NCBI GenBank assembly: GCA_044228295.1
Contig: JBGAVE010000008.1
Location: 15,235 to 79,234 of the forward strand
Reading direction: 5' to 3'
From: Nitrosomonas sp.
GTDB lineage: Bacteria > Pseudomonadota > Gammaproteobacteria > Burkholderiales > Nitrosomonadaceae
DNA length: 64,000 nt
Below are positions 38,900-50,540 of this stretch, piece by piece. Made by a program: the position numbers and the translations under genes. Position 1 is the stretch's first letter; each line of letters begins with the position of its first letter. The notes beneath the pieces are model-generated. The model worked only from the letters and a program-made list of their open reading frames with translations, did not search any database and was not told the DNA's origin.

Positions 38900-39964
38900 C
38901 TATCCGAATCTTACAGGCGAATGTGATTCGCGCGGCTCAACACGGCCAATTTGCCAAACCGTTTCACCCAAATCCTGTAGTATCTGAATGGCTTTTTCCA
39001 CGAACTCAGGTGCAAGAATAATGACCATCCCGATCCCGCAATTAAAAACCCGTGCCATTTCATGATCTGCCACATTGCCGGTTTTTTGTAACCACTCAAA
39101 CAGAGCCGGCATAGGCCAGGAATCCTTTTTTAATACTACCGCCATTTTTTCGGGCAAAATTCGTGGCACATTTTCAACCAGGCCTCCTCCGGTGATATGC
39201 GCCAAACCTTTAACGGGAATATATTTAAGTAATTCCAACACCGATTTCACATAAATTCGCGTCGGTGCCATGATAACCTCTGCCAGCGTTCGTTTATCCA
39301 ATGCTTGTTGTAAATCTATTTGGTGATTACTGATAATTTTACGAATCAACGAGTAACCGTTGGAATGCGCACCACTCGATGCAAGACCCAACACGATGTC
39401 ACCCGTATGAATCGTCGCACCACTAATGATCTGTTGTTTCTCTACGACACCCACAGCAAACCCAGCCAGATCATATTCACCCGCAGGATACATACCGGGC
39501 ATTTCTGCTGTTTCTCCGCCAATCAATGCGCAACCAGCCAATTCACAACCCCTGGCAATACCTCCGATTACTTGTGTGGCAGTTGCCACGTCCAACTGAC
39601 CACACGCGAAATAATCAAGAAAAAATAATGGCTCAGCCCCTTGTACCAGAATATCATTCACGCTCATGGCAACGAGATCAATGCCGATTGTGTCATGCTG
39701 ATTGAGTTCAAAAGCCAATTTAAGTTTGGTGCCAACGCCATCCGTACCGGAAACTAATACAGGATCGCGATATTTTTTTGAAATTTCAAATAAAGCGCCA
39801 AATCCTCCGATTCCAGTTAATACTTCCGGACGCAAAGTTTTTTTCGCCAGCGGTTTGATATTTTCCACTAAACGGTCACCCGCATCGATATCGACGCCGG
39901 CATCCCGATAAGAAAGTGGTGATTTATGCGAATGTTCGGGCTGCTGAGAATCAAATGAAGACAA
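38900..39964 (-). CDS. purM: Phosphoribosylformylglycinamidine cyclo-ligase
   Basis: [24 protein letters not shown] and AHITGGG motifs. Confidence 0.97.
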   Translation of the reverse strand: MSSFDSQQPEHSHKSPLSYRDAGVDIDAGDRLVENIKPLAKKTLRPEVLTGIGGFGALFEISKKYRDPVLVSGTDGVGTKLKLAFELNQHDTIGIDLVAMSVNDILVQGAEPLFFLDYFACGQLDVATATQVIGGIARGCELAGCALIGGETAEMPGMYPAGEYDLAGFAVGVVEKQQIISGATIHTGDIVLGLASSGAHSNGYSLIRKIISNHQIDLQQALDKRTLAEVIMAPTRIYVKSVLELLKYIPVKGLAHITGGGLVENVPRILPEKMAVVLKKDSWPMPALFEWLQKTGNVADHEMARVFNCGIGMVIILAPEFVEKAIQILQDLGETVWQIGRVEPRESHSPVRFG

Positions 39965-40291
39965 GTTTTATTCCTAAATTTTAAAAATGTAGTGTAAAGC
40001 TAAAAATTACCAGTGCTTATTTTAATCGTAATGCTGTTTTATTTGGATAAATAGCAAGTTAGAAAAAATATCGGCCCAAAATTCAATCTGGGATAATAAA
40101 GGTGATATCTATTCACAACAGTTAATATACGATTTGCTAAAGAATCATTTGTTACACACAGCGCGATATGTTGTAATTCAACTTACTTTAGCTCAAAATT
40201 CTACCCAACATGATGGCATCAATTTTTAAATCGTTCTATGTTCGGAATGGTACATACTACACAAAATCCTTAGCATTTCTCAACTCAAAAC

Positions 40292-40311
40292 ACTGATACA
40301 TACTGATACAT
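40292..40311. repeat. 10-bp tandem direct repeat (ACTGATACAT x2) upstream of the hpnO-like gene
   Basis: Read directly from the sequence. Confidence 0.6.
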
Positions 40312-40432
40312 ATTTTGGGAATCAATTCTATTTTGTGCCTAGCTATGCTTTTTATTGCCCAATACTATCATTTTTCTTGAAATACCAATTCAAGGATTCT
40401 GCAATGCTGCGTTTTTCCATTAGAGGTCTTAC

Positions 40433-41821
40433 ATGTCTTTCAGTATAACGAACTTGTTATCACAGCACCGTTCCGACAAGTTTGAGTTGCACGAACGCTA
40501 TTTAAATGCTCAGATGGTCAGGGTTCTTAAAACCATCGGTTACGATCGTAACTATCAACGTGCGGTAGGTCAGTATTTATATGATGAACACGATAACGAA
40601 TACTTGGATCTATTAAGCGGCTTCGGTGTGTATGCGTTCGGTCGAAATCATCCGACCATTATCAATGCGTTAAAAGAAGTTTTATCGCTGGAAATGCCGG
40701 ATTTAGTGCAGTTGGATGTATCGGTTTTGAGTGGACTGCTGGCAAAAGAAATTTTAACCACCACGCCGGATAATTTATCGCGGGTCTTCTTTTGCAATTC
40801 GGGCACTGAAGCCGTTGAAGCCGCAATAAAATTCGCGCGCTACCAAACCAAACGCAATCGCATTATTTGTTGTGACCATGCCTATCACGGTTTAACGATG
40901 GGTGCGCTCTCTTTAAACGGTGAGCAAATTTTCAAGGATGGTTTTGGACCACTTCTTCTTGACTGCGGCTCAGTTCCTTTTAATGATCTCGAAGCTCTAG
41001 AAAAGGCTTTGTGTAATAAAGACGTCGCCGCCTTTATCGTAGAACCGGTGCAAGGCAAAGGAGTCAACATTCCTGATGATCACTACTTGCCGGAAGTTGA
41101 GCGATTATGCAAGCAATATGGCACTTTGTTCGTTGCGGACGAAATACAAACGGGGATGGGACGCACTGGAAAATTTTGGGCCGTCGAACACTGGGGGGTT
41201 AAACCCGATATGATTTGTATGGCAAAAGCACTATCGGGTGGGTTCGTTCCCGTTGGAGCGGTCGCGTTAACGCAAAAAATCATGGATAGCGTGTTTAATC
41301 GCATGGATCGGGCAGTCGTGCATGGATCGACTTTCTCAAAAAACAATATGGCAATGGCAGCCGGTTTAGCCGGTCTGGAAATTATCAAAACTGAAAAGTT
41401 GGTGGAAAACAGCGCCAAAATTGGTTCCGAAATCATCGATCGACTCAACCTGCTCCAAGGACAATTTGAGTTTTTCAAAGAAGCACGGGGCAAAGGTTCA
41501 ATGATCGCAGTAGAATTTAAGCCACCCAGCAGCTTGTCCCTCAAAGCCGCTTGGATGATGTTAGAAGCAGCTAATAAGGGATTATTTTGTCAGATGATCA
41601 CTATTCCGTTGTTTAAAGAACATCGCATTCTCACACAAGTGGCTGGACACGGTATGAATGTCGTCAAATTGCTACCGCCATTGATCCTAACGCAAAAAGA
41701 CGTCGATCATATTATCGCCGCTTTTACCAAAACGATTGCCGACACCCATCAAGTTCCTGGTTCCATTTGGGATTTAGGAAAAAACCTCGCGACGCATGCA
41801 TTAAAAGCCAAAGCGGGATAA
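40433..41821 (+). CDS. hpnO: Class III aminotransferase, HpnO-like (aminobacteriohopanetriol synthesis)
   Basis: NSGTEAVEAAIK, DEIQTGMGRTG and AKALSGG; N-terminus HERYLNAQMVRVLKTIGYD recalled as HpnO-type. Confidence 0.7.
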   Translation: MSFSITNLLSQHRSDKFELHERYLNAQMVRVLKTIGYDRNYQRAVGQYLYDEHDNEYLDLLSGFGVYAFGRNHPTIINALKEVLSLEMPDLVQLDVSVLSGLLAKEILTTTPDNLSRVFFCNSGTEAVEAAIKFARYQTKRNRIICCDHAYHGLTMGALSLNGEQIFKDGFGPLLLDCGSVPFNDLEALEKALCNKDVAAFIVEPVQGKGVNIPDDHYLPEVERLCKQYGTLFVADEIQTGMGRTGKFWAVEHWGVKPDMICMAKALSGGFVPVGAVALTQKIMDSVFNRMDRAVVHGSTFSKNNMAMAAGLAGLEIIKTEKLVENSAKIGSEIIDRLNLLQGQFEFFKEARGKGSMIAVEFKPPSSLSLKAAWMMLEAANKGLFCQMITIPLFKEHRILTQVAGHGMNVVKLLPPLILTQKDVDHIIAAFTKTIADTHQVPGSIWDLGKNLATHALKAKAG

Positions 41822-41831
41822 TGAAGTATTC

Positions 41832-42911
41832 ATGACCAATAGCACGAACAAGAATAATTCGAATTATCTCTGGTGGCTGCTGCTTGCTTGCGTGTCGGGC
41901 GGTTTAGTGTATCTGCTCAGCCCTATATTGACGCCTTTTTTATTAGCTGCGGTAATTGCTTATATTTGCAATCCCATAGTTACCTGCTTAGAAAACTATA
42001 AAGTCCCGCGCGCATTGGGCACTATTTTGGTGATGGTATTGCTCACAGGACTATTGGCCTCCTTGATACTCATCATGGTGCCATTGATCGAAAAAGAAAT
42101 TCGTCAATTAAGCAACAAAATACCCATTTATATCGATATCATCAAAACCCATGTGATACCGCTCATCGAAACGCGTTTGGATGTCAATTTGCAACTCGAC
42201 CTGAATGCGCTAAAACAGGCTATAACAGATCATTGGAGAAGTGCTGGGGGGGTTGCTGCTAGAATTTTGCCCTCCTTAACTGTCGGTGGCATGGCAATTG
42301 TTGAATTCATGGTCAATTTACTGCTCGTTCCGGTTGTGTTGTTTTACATGCTGCGAGATTGGGATCAACTGGTCAAGTTGATTGATGAAATGATTCCACG
42401 GTATTGGCACGACAAAATTTCAGTGTTGGCCTATGAAACCGATAAAATATTGGCCGAATTTTTACGCGGGCAGCTGGCCGTAATCGTATTGATGAGTATT
42501 TTCTACATCACCGGATTATGGTTTGTCGGCTTGGAATTTGCTCTTCCAATCGGTCTGATCGCTGGTATTTTGGTATTTGTACCTTATCTTGGCATGATTG
42601 TTGGATTAACTTTAGCAACGCTAGCCGCCCTCATGCAATTTCAAGACTGGACTGGGCTTATCTATGTTTGGGTCGTATTTGGCATGGGTCAATTGATTGA
42701 AGGCATGGTGATCACTCCTTGGCTAGTGGGAGATCGCATTGGATTGCATCCTGTGATGGTCATTTTTTCCTTGCTTGCCTTTGGGCAATTATTTGGTTTT
42801 TTTGGAATTCTTCTGGCCTTGCCAGTCAGCGCCGTGCTTCTGGTATGGTGGCGACATTTGCATCAGCATTACCTGGAAAGCGGCCTTTATGTCGATAATC
42901 GCAATCAATAA
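41832..42911 (+). CDS. AI-2E family transporter (PerM-like)
   Basis: Multi-TM protein; LVGDRIGLHPV motif; precedes hda. Confidence 0.9.
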   Translation: MTNSTNKNNSNYLWWLLLACVSGGLVYLLSPILTPFLLAAVIAYICNPIVTCLENYKVPRALGTILVMVLLTGLLASLILIMVPLIEKEIRQLSNKIPIYIDIIKTHVIPLIETRLDVNLQLDLNALKQAITDHWRSAGGVAARILPSLTVGGMAIVEFMVNLLLVPVVLFYMLRDWDQLVKLIDEMIPRYWHDKISVLAYETDKILAEFLRGQLAVIVLMSIFYITGLWFVGLEFALPIGLIAGILVFVPYLGMIVGLTLATLAALMQFQDWTGLIYVWVVFGMGQLIEGMVITPWLVGDRIGLHPVMVIFSLLAFGQLFGFFGILLALPVSAVLLVWWRHLHQHYLESGLYVDNRNQ

Positions 42912-42916
42912 TACCA

Positions 42917-43618
42917 ATGAATTCCGCATACGCTGATTTAGGCAAACAACTACCGCTCGATATCCAAGCGCCATCTGCGCCTACTTTGGATAATTTTCTG
43001 ATTGGGCGCAATGCAGAACTGCTGCAATTGTTAAGAGCCGTCCTTGCGCGAAAAGAAAAAGAACGTTTTGTCTATATCTGGGGTGATGCCGGATGTGGCA
43101 AAAGCCATTTACTGCAAGCGATGGTTGCTGCCTTTAAAACGAACAATCAAGTTGCGGTATTTTTTTCTGCTGGTAAGCATCATGAATTTGTAACCCCAAA
43201 TGACGTTATTTGCGTAGCCATTGATGACATCGACGAACTCAATGCTTCGGGTCAAGCCGAATTATTTAAATTGTATAATCAATTGCGCGATGAAAGTGAC
43301 GCTGTTCTCTTAGTCAGCGGATCATCTGCGCCCAAATATTTAGATATGCGGCAAGATTTAGTGACGCGACTAGGCTGGGGGTTGGTGTATCAGATTCATG
43401 AATTAAGCGAAGAAGAAAAAATACACGCACTCAAACAGCACGCCACCAGTAGCGGCTTTCATTTGTCACAAGACGTATGCCTCTATTTGTTGCGGCACGG
43501 CCGACGCGATCTGTCTTCGCTGATGTTGATCATTGATGCGCTTGATCGCTATTCGCTCGCCAATCAACGACATATTACCGTTCCTTTGTTACGAGAATTA
43601 TTACAGGTGTCTGCATGA
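42917..43618 (+). CDS. hda: DnaA regulatory inactivator Hda
   Basis: TLDNF..GRN, WGDAGCGKSHLL and DLVTRLGWGLVY. Confidence 0.93.
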   Translation: MNSAYADLGKQLPLDIQAPSAPTLDNFLIGRNAELLQLLRAVLARKEKERFVYIWGDAGCGKSHLLQAMVAAFKTNNQVAVFFSAGKHHEFVTPNDVICVAIDDIDELNASGQAELFKLYNQLRDESDAVLLVSGSSAPKYLDMRQDLVTRLGWGLVYQIHELSEEEKIHALKQHATSSGFHLSQDVCLYLLRHGRRDLSSLMLIIDALDRYSLANQRHITVPLLRELLQVSA

Positions 43619-44277
43619 ATTTAGCATTATTTGATTTGGATAACACATTAATTGCGGGTGACAGTGATTTCCAATGGGCGCAATTTCTGATTGAGAAAAA
43701 AGCACTCGATCGTGAGCTGCATGAAACAAAAAATATTGAGTTTTACGAGCAATACAAAGACGGTACCTTAGATATTTATGAATTTCTGGATTTTCAGCTC
43801 AAACCATTGGCACGGCACTCACGTTTGCAATTGGAAACATGGCGGACGGAATTCGTACAGAAAAAAATCGTGCCCATCATCGCGCCAGGCGCGCGCGCAC
43901 TGATTGAGCGGCATCAATTAGATGGTGATTTGTGTATTATCATCACTGCCACTAATAGCTTTGTCACCGCACCGATTGCACAATTACTAGGAATTGAACA
44001 TTTGATCGCCACAGAGCCAGAGCAGAAAAAAGGCGAATTTACTGGAAAAGTTACTGGCATACCCTCGTTTCGTGAGGGCAAAATAGACCGATTAGAACAA
44101 TGGCTTGATGCCCACAACTTGACTTGGCTATCCTTTCTGCGCAGTTGGTTTTACAGTGATTCACTGAACGATTTGCCTTTATTGGGCAAAGTCACGCATC
44201 CGGTTGCGGTAGATCCAGACGCTACCTTAAAAAATCATGCCGAACAAAATAACTGGTCTATTATCAGTCTGCGGTAA
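43615..44277 (+). CDS. HAD-IB family phosphatase (histidinol-phosphatase-like)
   Basis: LFDLDNTL and FYSDSLNDLPLL motifs. Confidence 0.9.
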   Translation: MNLALFDLDNTLIAGDSDFQWAQFLIEKKALDRELHETKNIEFYEQYKDGTLDIYEFLDFQLKPLARHSRLQLETWRTEFVQKKIVPIIAPGARALIERHQLDGDLCIIITATNSFVTAPIAQLLGIEHLIATEPEQKKGEFTGKVTGIPSFREGKIDRLEQWLDAHNLTWLSFLRSWFYSDSLNDLPLLGKVTHPVAVDPDATLKNHAEQNNWSIISLR

Positions 44278-44315
44278 TACTTTTAAGGTAACGCTGGCGA
44301 ATGTTGTTAATGTTG

Positions 44316-45824
44316 TTAATCTTCTTTTCTTAGTTGCGGAAACAAGATAACGTCACGAATACTCGGACTGTCAGTCAATAGCATCACCAAACGATCAATA
44401 CCGATACCTTCTCCCGCTGTTGGAGGTAGTCCATACTCCAATGCTCGAATGTAATCAGCATCATAATGCATGGCTTCTGCATCACCAGCATCTTTGGCCT
44501 TGACTTGCTCCTGAAAGCGTCTTGCTTGATCTTCCGGATCGTTCAATTCTGAGAATCCGTTGGCTATTTCACGTCCCGCAATATAAAGTTCAAAACGATC
44601 GGTAATGTCTGCATTGTTATCATTGCGACGTGCCAACGGCGAAACTTCCGCCGGATAGTCAACAATGAAGGTGGGCTCGAACAATAAATGCTCGGTCGTT
44701 TCGTCAAATAGCGATAACTGCAACCCGCCAATACCGTCTTGAGTGCTGTAATGAACTTTGAGTGATTCCAACGTGTCGATCAGAAAACCACGATCGCATA
44801 ATTGCGCATCGGTATAAGTTGGGTGAAATTTCTGAATAGCTTGCGTAATCGTCAATCGCAGGAAAGGTTTTGCCAAATCAATGTCTTTGCCCTGATAAGT
44901 AACTATTGTCGTACCAAGAACTTTCTGCGCCACATCAACGAACATTTTTTCAGTCAAATCCATCAAATAAGTAAAATCTTGATAGGCTTCATAAAATTCC
45001 AACATGGTAAATTCAGGATTATGCCGCGTGGAAATACCTTCATTGCGAAAATTCCGGTTGATTTCAAAAACTTTTTCCATACCGCCTACGACCAAACGCT
45101 TGAGATACAATTCAGGCGCAATGCGCAAGTAAAGTTCCATGTCTAAAGCATTGTGATGTGTGGCAAAAGGCCGGGCAGAAGCGCCACCCGGAATAGGATG
45201 CATCATCGGGGTTTCGACTTCCAGATAATCTCGCGCAACCAAAAATTCACGAATGCCCTGAATGACTTTCGAGCGTGTGATAAATGTTTTGCGTGCTTCT
45301 TCATTCGTAATCAAATCCAAATATCGTTGCCGATACTTTTGCTCTTGGTCGGTCAAGCCGTGAAATTTTTCTGGCAAGGGACGCAACGATTTTGTCAGAA
45401 GCTCCAAATGAGTGACACGGATCGATAATTCTCCGGTTTTGGTCTTGAATAAGTTACCATGCGCCCCCAAAATATCACCCAGATCATGTTGCTTAAAGGC
45501 CGAATGAACACTTGCTCCCGTAAGATCATCGGAAATATATAACTGAATCCGTCCACTCATGTCTTGAATGGTTGCAAAACTGGCTTTGCCCATTACCCGC
45601 TTAAGAACCATCCGTCCTGCCACTTTCACAGCAATAACATCAGCTTCAAGCTGTTCTTTGGAGAGCTTATCGAATTGCTGATGCAATTTTTCCGCTAAAT
45701 GTTCACGCCGAAAGGAATTGGGAAACGCATTACCAGCACAACGCAATTCACTTAATTTAGTACGCCGTTCGGCAATAATCTGGTTCTCGTCCTGAATGAC
45801 GAGTGAAGAATCTTCCTGAGTCAT
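44316..45824 (-). CDS. lysS: Lysine--tRNA ligase (class II)
   Basis: [26 protein letters not shown] and GEGIGIDRL. Confidence 0.97.
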   Translation of the reverse strand: MTQEDSSLVIQDENQIIAERRTKLSELRCAGNAFPNSFRREHLAEKLHQQFDKLSKEQLEADVIAVKVAGRMVLKRVMGKASFATIQDMSGRIQLYISDDLTGASVHSAFKQHDLGDILGAHGNLFKTKTGELSIRVTHLELLTKSLRPLPEKFHGLTDQEQKYRQRYLDLITNEEARKTFITRSKVIQGIREFLVARDYLEVETPMMHPIPGGASARPFATHHNALDMELYLRIAPELYLKRLVVGGMEKVFEINRNFRNEGISTRHNPEFTMLEFYEAYQDFTYLMDLTEKMFVDVAQKVLGTTIVTYQGKDIDLAKPFLRLTITQAIQKFHPTYTDAQLCDRGFLIDTLESLKVHYSTQDGIGGLQLSLFDETTEHLLFEPTFIVDYPAEVSPLARRNDNNADITDRFELYIAGREIANGFSELNDPEDQARRFQEQVKAKDAGDAEAMHYDADYIRALEYGLPPTAGEGIGIDRLVMLLTDSPSIRDVILFPQLRKED

Positions 45825-46158
45825 AAAATAATATTTTTAATTGTTTTTATCTAAAAAAATCGGTTATTTAGGTCTGCAAACGATTATACGCTGGATTATA
45901 TTGCAGATTAATCAAAACAACACACAAGTGTAAATCTGCCCACAAAGAGGAATACGTTAATTGATGATAAAATGCTTGTGCATTGCTCCCGGCATGGTGC
46001 AACGCACATTCTCGACGTGACTAAGCATCAAAATAGGGCAATAGAACGTCACTCTTAAACACCGGTAAAAAGAAAGCAGAAAATAGAATTTATAACCAAT
46101 TTTCGTCCTCTGAATCATTGACGAGCAGCTATTGTCGATAGCTGTTCACTAGGGTTAC

Positions 46159-47304
46159 ATGCTTACAATCACTCGCAAACAAATTATCTTACTGGTATTA
46201 TTTTTCTCTGCGTTAGCAGGCTATTGGTATTTTACGGATAGCAAAAAGGTGGGCAAAAGCATTTATAAGACTCGCACGGTTGAACGCGGTGACGTTACCC
46301 AAACCATTTCAGCCAATGGCACGGTAACACCCGTTGTCGTCGTTAATGTCGGTACGCAAGTTTCAGGTACTGTGTTGCGCTTGTATGCGGATCATAATGA
46401 TCAAGTACAAACCAACCAGATATTGGCTGAGCTTGATCCAGCTCTACTTAAAGCACAATTTCAACAAGCTAAAGCTAATTTGAATAATGCTCAGGTTGGA
46501 CTCAGAATGGCTGAAAGCAAGCTAAAACGTCAACGTCTTTTAAATCAACAAGGCTTTATTTCTCCTGAAGCATTAGAAATTGCGGAACAAGAAGTCGAAG
46601 CGGCGCGTGCGCAAGTTTCGATCAATAAAGCGCAAGTCACGCGAGACGAAGCTAATCTCAATTACACTGTCATTCGTTCACCGATTTCAGGTGTAGTTAT
46701 TGCGCGCGATGTTGATATTGGTCAAACTGTTGCGGCCAGCTTCCAAACACCGACGCTATTTAAAATCGCCAAAGATCTGCGGCAAATGCAGATCAACATC
46801 AGCGTAGCAGAAGCCGATATCGGTCAACTGCATGTCGATCAAGTCATACAATTTACGGTTGATGCGTTTCCAACTCGTAAATTCAATGGAACGGTGAAAC
46901 AAGTGCGGTTGAATCCCACCATTCAAGAAAACGTCGTGACTTATAACGTCGTGGCGATGGTGGATAATGAAGATGGTACGTTACTACCAGGCATGACCGC
47001 CAATATTCATTTTGTGGTCACCCAGCGCAAAGCCGTTCTACGTGTACCGAACGCCGCCTTACGTTTTCAACCCAAAGGATCGGAAGAAGCTGAGAAATCT
47101 AATAAACCCACATCATCGAGTACATCACGCGTTTACCGCTTGATGCAAGAGCAGGCTGAAGCTGTTTCTATCACCACAGGAATCACTGATGGTAATTTCA
47201 CCGAAATTATCAATGGAGAAATTGCTGAGGGTGACGTCGTCATTATTAGCGAAATCGTCGATAAAAAAGAAGCTGAGAGCAAATTCAAATTGCGTGTTTT
47301 CTAA
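46159..47304 (+). CDS. MacA-like membrane fusion protein
   Basis: N-terminal TM; VGTQVSG, GQTVAASFQTP and LLPGMTA. Confidence 0.9.
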   Translation: MLTITRKQIILLVLFFSALAGYWYFTDSKKVGKSIYKTRTVERGDVTQTISANGTVTPVVVVNVGTQVSGTVLRLYADHNDQVQTNQILAELDPALLKAQFQQAKANLNNAQVGLRMAESKLKRQRLLNQQGFISPEALEIAEQEVEAARAQVSINKAQVTRDEANLNYTVIRSPISGVVIARDVDIGQTVAASFQTPTLFKIAKDLRQMQINISVAEADIGQLHVDQVIQFTVDAFPTRKFNGTVKQVRLNPTIQENVVTYNVVAMVDNEDGTLLPGMTANIHFVVTQRKAVLRVPNAALRFQPKGSEEAEKSNKPTSSSTSRVYRLMQEQAEAVSITTGITDGNFTEIINGEIAEGDVVIISEIVDKKEAESKFKLRVF

Positions 47305-48035
47305 TGACATCGATAGCGATGAATAACTCTATCGATTCATTGATTCGCATCGAACATTTAGGCAAAAGCTACAGCTTGCAAGACGCGCATGGACAGACCA
47401 TCACCAATCCGGTTTTGTTTGATGTCAATTTATCGATTCGATACGGTGAGTTTGTCGCGATCATGGGACAATCCGGCTCCGGGAAATCGACATTAATGAA
47501 CATTTTGGGATGCCTTGATACTCCTAGTGAGGGTTCTTATTGGTTATCTGGCGAAAATATCTCCACCTTATCCAACGATCAACTCGCGCATATTCGTAAT
47601 CAGCGCATCGGCTTTGTATTTCAAGGGTTTAATTTACTCAAGCGCATGACCGCTTTGGATAATGTTGCAATGCCGCTGCTTTATGCTGGCATCAATCGCA
47701 CGCAAAGCCGCCAGCGTGCGTTAGAACTATTACGACGTACTGGTCTAGAGAAATTTGCTCAACATCAACCCAATCAACTTTCAGGCGGACAACAACAACG
47801 TGTTGCGATCAGCCGCGCGTTAATTAACAATCCACCATTGATTTTGGCTGATGAACCTACCGGCAATTTGGATTCGCAAACTAGCCAGGAAATTATGCAG
47901 TTGTTTCAGAAGCTTAACCAGGAACAAGGAATGACCATTGTGTTGGTGACGCACGAAGATGATATCGCTGCTTATGCGAAACGGTTAATTATCCTAAAAG
48001 ATGGTCGTGTTATCGTTGATAAAAACAATATTTAG
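47304..48035 (+). CDS. MacB-type ABC transporter ATP-binding protein
   Basis: [17 protein letters not shown] and ADEPTGNLD. Confidence 0.93.
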   Translation: MTSIAMNNSIDSLIRIEHLGKSYSLQDAHGQTITNPVLFDVNLSIRYGEFVAIMGQSGSGKSTLMNILGCLDTPSEGSYWLSGENISTLSNDQLAHIRNQRIGFVFQGFNLLKRMTALDNVAMPLLYAGINRTQSRQRALELLRRTGLEKFAQHQPNQLSGGQQQRVAISRALINNPPLILADEPTGNLDSQTSQEIMQLFQKLNQEQGMTIVLVTHEDDIAAYAKRLIILKDGRVIVDKNNI

Positions 48036-48086
48036 ATCGCGCTATTTAAATACTAAATCCTTTTCAATTTCGTTGAGGCTTGAGTA

Positions 48087-49310
48087 ATGAATCTATTTGC
48101 GATCTTCTCTGAAGCTTTGGGTGCTTTGCGTCAGAATCGACTGCGCACCGGATTAACCATGCTAGGAATGATCATTGGCGTTGCCGCCGTGGTATTAATG
48201 CTGTCGATTGGCCAAGGCGCGCGGACCAAAATCACTGAAACGATTGCGGCGATGGGAAGTAATCTGTTTATTGTTGTCCCTGGCGCAACGTCATCGGGCG
48301 GATTCAGTTTTGGAAGTGGTAGCGTGCGCACGCTTACCATCAACGATGCCCATGCCATTGCTGAATTAGCGTCAGTCAGTGCAACGGCCCCGGTTACTTC
48401 TGGTACGGTGCAACTCAATTATGCAGCAAAAAACTGGAGCACAATAGTCACAGGCACAACGCCCGACTATTTCACAGTCGGTAATTGGAAAATGGATTCC
48501 GGCACTATCTTCACCGATTCGGATATGCGCTCAGCCGCTCGCGTCGTGGTTCTTGGATCCATAACCGCAAAAAATCTTTTCGGTGAAGAAGATCCTATCG
48601 GAAAAACCATTCGCATCACCAATCGACCTTTTTTGGTCGCTGGCGTATTAATGGCGAAGGGGCAAAGCCTAAGCGGGCGCGATCAAGATGACAACATTTT
48701 TATTCCCATCACCACCAGTGAACGACAAATCATCGGCAATCCTTTTCCTGGTTCGATACGTTATATGTTAGTGCAGGGAAAATCCGCTGATGACATGGAT
48801 ATTGCCGAAATCGAAATTACCCAATTGTTACGACAGCGCCATCGAATCGGCAAAGGCAAGGAAAACGATTTTACCGTGCGCAATTTAACAGCAATCGCCG
48901 ATGTCGCCACCGACGCCGCAAAAATCATGTCCATCGTCTTGGGAGCGATTGCTTCGGTATCGCTATTAGTTGGGGGCATCGGCATTATGAACATCATGCT
49001 GGTATCGGTTACCGAACGTACTCGTGAAATCGGCATCCGCATGGCTATTGGCGCAAATCAACGAGCGATTCTCACGCAATTTTTACTAGAAGCAATGATG
49101 ATTTGCATCATGGGGGGATTGCTGGGGCTATTGATCGGCATCGGCGGCGCCTGGGTCATCAGTCAGGTCGCTGATATGCTGATTGTCATTACGTTAGGAA
49201 TGGTGGGGCTTGCTTTTTTATTTGCCTCTGCGGTAGGCATTTTCTTCGGCTTTTATCCGGCAAAAAAAGCAGCCTCATTAAAACCCGTCGATGCGTTTCG
49301 CTATGAATAA
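48087..49310 (+). CDS. MacB-type ABC transporter permease
   Basis: RTGLTMLGMIIG, GGIGIMNIMLVSVTERTREIG and GFYPA. Confidence 0.93.
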   Translation: MNLFAIFSEALGALRQNRLRTGLTMLGMIIGVAAVVLMLSIGQGARTKITETIAAMGSNLFIVVPGATSSGGFSFGSGSVRTLTINDAHAIAELASVSATAPVTSGTVQLNYAAKNWSTIVTGTTPDYFTVGNWKMDSGTIFTDSDMRSAARVVVLGSITAKNLFGEEDPIGKTIRITNRPFLVAGVLMAKGQSLSGRDQDDNIFIPITTSERQIIGNPFPGSIRYMLVQGKSADDMDIAEIEITQLLRQRHRIGKGKENDFTVRNLTAIADVATDAAKIMSIVLGAIASVSLLVGGIGIMNIMLVSVTERTREIGIRMAIGANQRAILTQFLLEAMMICIMGGLLGLLIGIGGAWVISQVADMLIVITLGMVGLAFLFASAVGIFFGFYPAKKAASLKPVDAFRYE

Positions 49311-49349
49311 TATAACAAAAGTTATCCGTAATCCTCCGAAGTTCACGTT

Positions 49350-49979
49350 ATGACTCTTCAAGATAATCAAGACAATAAAGAAAAACCCACTTCGGAATAT
49401 CTGGCACAAGTGGTTATGGAGCAGAAAAATGCATCGATCTCCGTTGGAGAGATCAAAAACGCCTTGCATGAACGGGGATTTGGCATTTTGATGGCGATCG
49501 CCGCCATACCGATTTGCTTGCCCATACCGACACCACCAGGCTACACGACCCTATTTTCAGTACCCTTATTTATTTTTTCGCTACAAATGATTTTCGCTAT
49601 GCGCGCACCTTGGTTGCCTGCCTGGTTGGAGTGCAAAAGGATAGAGAAATCGACTCTGGAAAAAGCGCTCACCAAAGCTGATCCTTGGCTGAAAAAGATA
49701 GAAAAATACATGCAGCCGCGCTTGATTAATATTAGGGCAGAAACTTGGGAAAGATTTATTGGTTTTTTTGCTTTCGTATTTGCAATATCCATTGCGATAC
49801 CATTACCGCTGACCAATTTCCTCCCCGGTATGGGAATTTTGGTCATGTCTTTAGGACTAGTCAACCGTGATGGCATGACAATCCTCTTCGGCATGCTGAT
49901 TGGCACCATTGGAATTGGTATCGCCATGATTTTCTTGTTGATGTTATGGCTGGGAATTAGGATGCCCGAGTTTTTTTAG
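49350..49979 (+). CDS. ExoD-family exopolysaccharide biosynthesis membrane protein
   Basis: ERGFG..LPIPTPPG, PWLP and LPLTNFLP..RDG. Confidence 0.85.
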   Translation: MTLQDNQDNKEKPTSEYLAQVVMEQKNASISVGEIKNALHERGFGILMAIAAIPICLPIPTPPGYTTLFSVPLFIFSLQMIFAMRAPWLPAWLECKRIEKSTLEKALTKADPWLKKIEKYMQPRLINIRAETWERFIGFFAFVFAISIAIPLPLTNFLPGMGILVMSLGLVNRDGMTILFGMLIGTIGIGIAMIFLLMLWLGIRMPEFF

Positions 49980-50093
49980 AGCGATACTCAGTTCTGCATT
50001 AAAAATCATTGATTCGAATTCTTACAGTGCGCAATCGAACCTTGTGTTTCTTACATCAGCGCTTGCAAAACGGGGGGCCATGCAAGTGTTTCC

Positions 50094-50444
50094 TTAGCAA
50101 CAACCACCACAGCAACTGGATTCTTCGGTTTTTTCTTCCACAGCCGCGCCAGTCCAGCGTGCAAGCTCGTTGCGATTCGGATAGCGGCCTGCCAACGCCA
50201 CTTCTCCATCCACGAGAATCAATGGTAACGCTTCAGCACCGGAGCGTTCCAAGAATGCCTTCACTGTCGAATTATCCGCAAAAGCCATCGGCTGTTGCGC
50301 CAGATTAAAGCGCTCAATAGCAGCGCCTTGTTGTTTGGTCCACTCGACATCAGCGGAAAAGTTGATTTGCTCACGATCAGCATCTGCACCGCAAGCGCCT
50401 GAGCTACAGCATGAAGCAGGGTCAAATATCTGTATGGTTGTCAT
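50094..50444 (-). CDS. arsD: Arsenite metallochaperone (second copy)
   Basis: Close paralog of 30815-31165. Confidence 0.93.
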   Translation of the reverse strand: MTTIQIFDPASCCSSGACGADADREQINFSADVEWTKQQGAAIERFNLAQQPMAFADNSTVKAFLERSGAEALPLILVDGEVALAGRYPNRNELARWTGAAVEEKTEESSCCGGCC

Positions 50445-50540
50445 TTTGATTCTCCTATCAAGTTACTCTAACAAAGTTAAGATACAATTTAATTCTCTTT
50501 CAGGCTTTCGCGATTACGTTGAATTTTTTGCAATGTTATC

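Noticed and set aside
45825-46158. prfB remnant or structured RNA upstream of lysS
   Set aside because: No prfB-like translation found, and only short imperfect stems that cannot be supported without folding or covariation analysis
36122-50030. Exact 15-bp repeat GAATTCTTACAGTGC at 36122 and 50016 as att or target sites
   Set aside because: About one or two 15-mer repeats are expected by chance in 64 kb, and no coherent element lies between them
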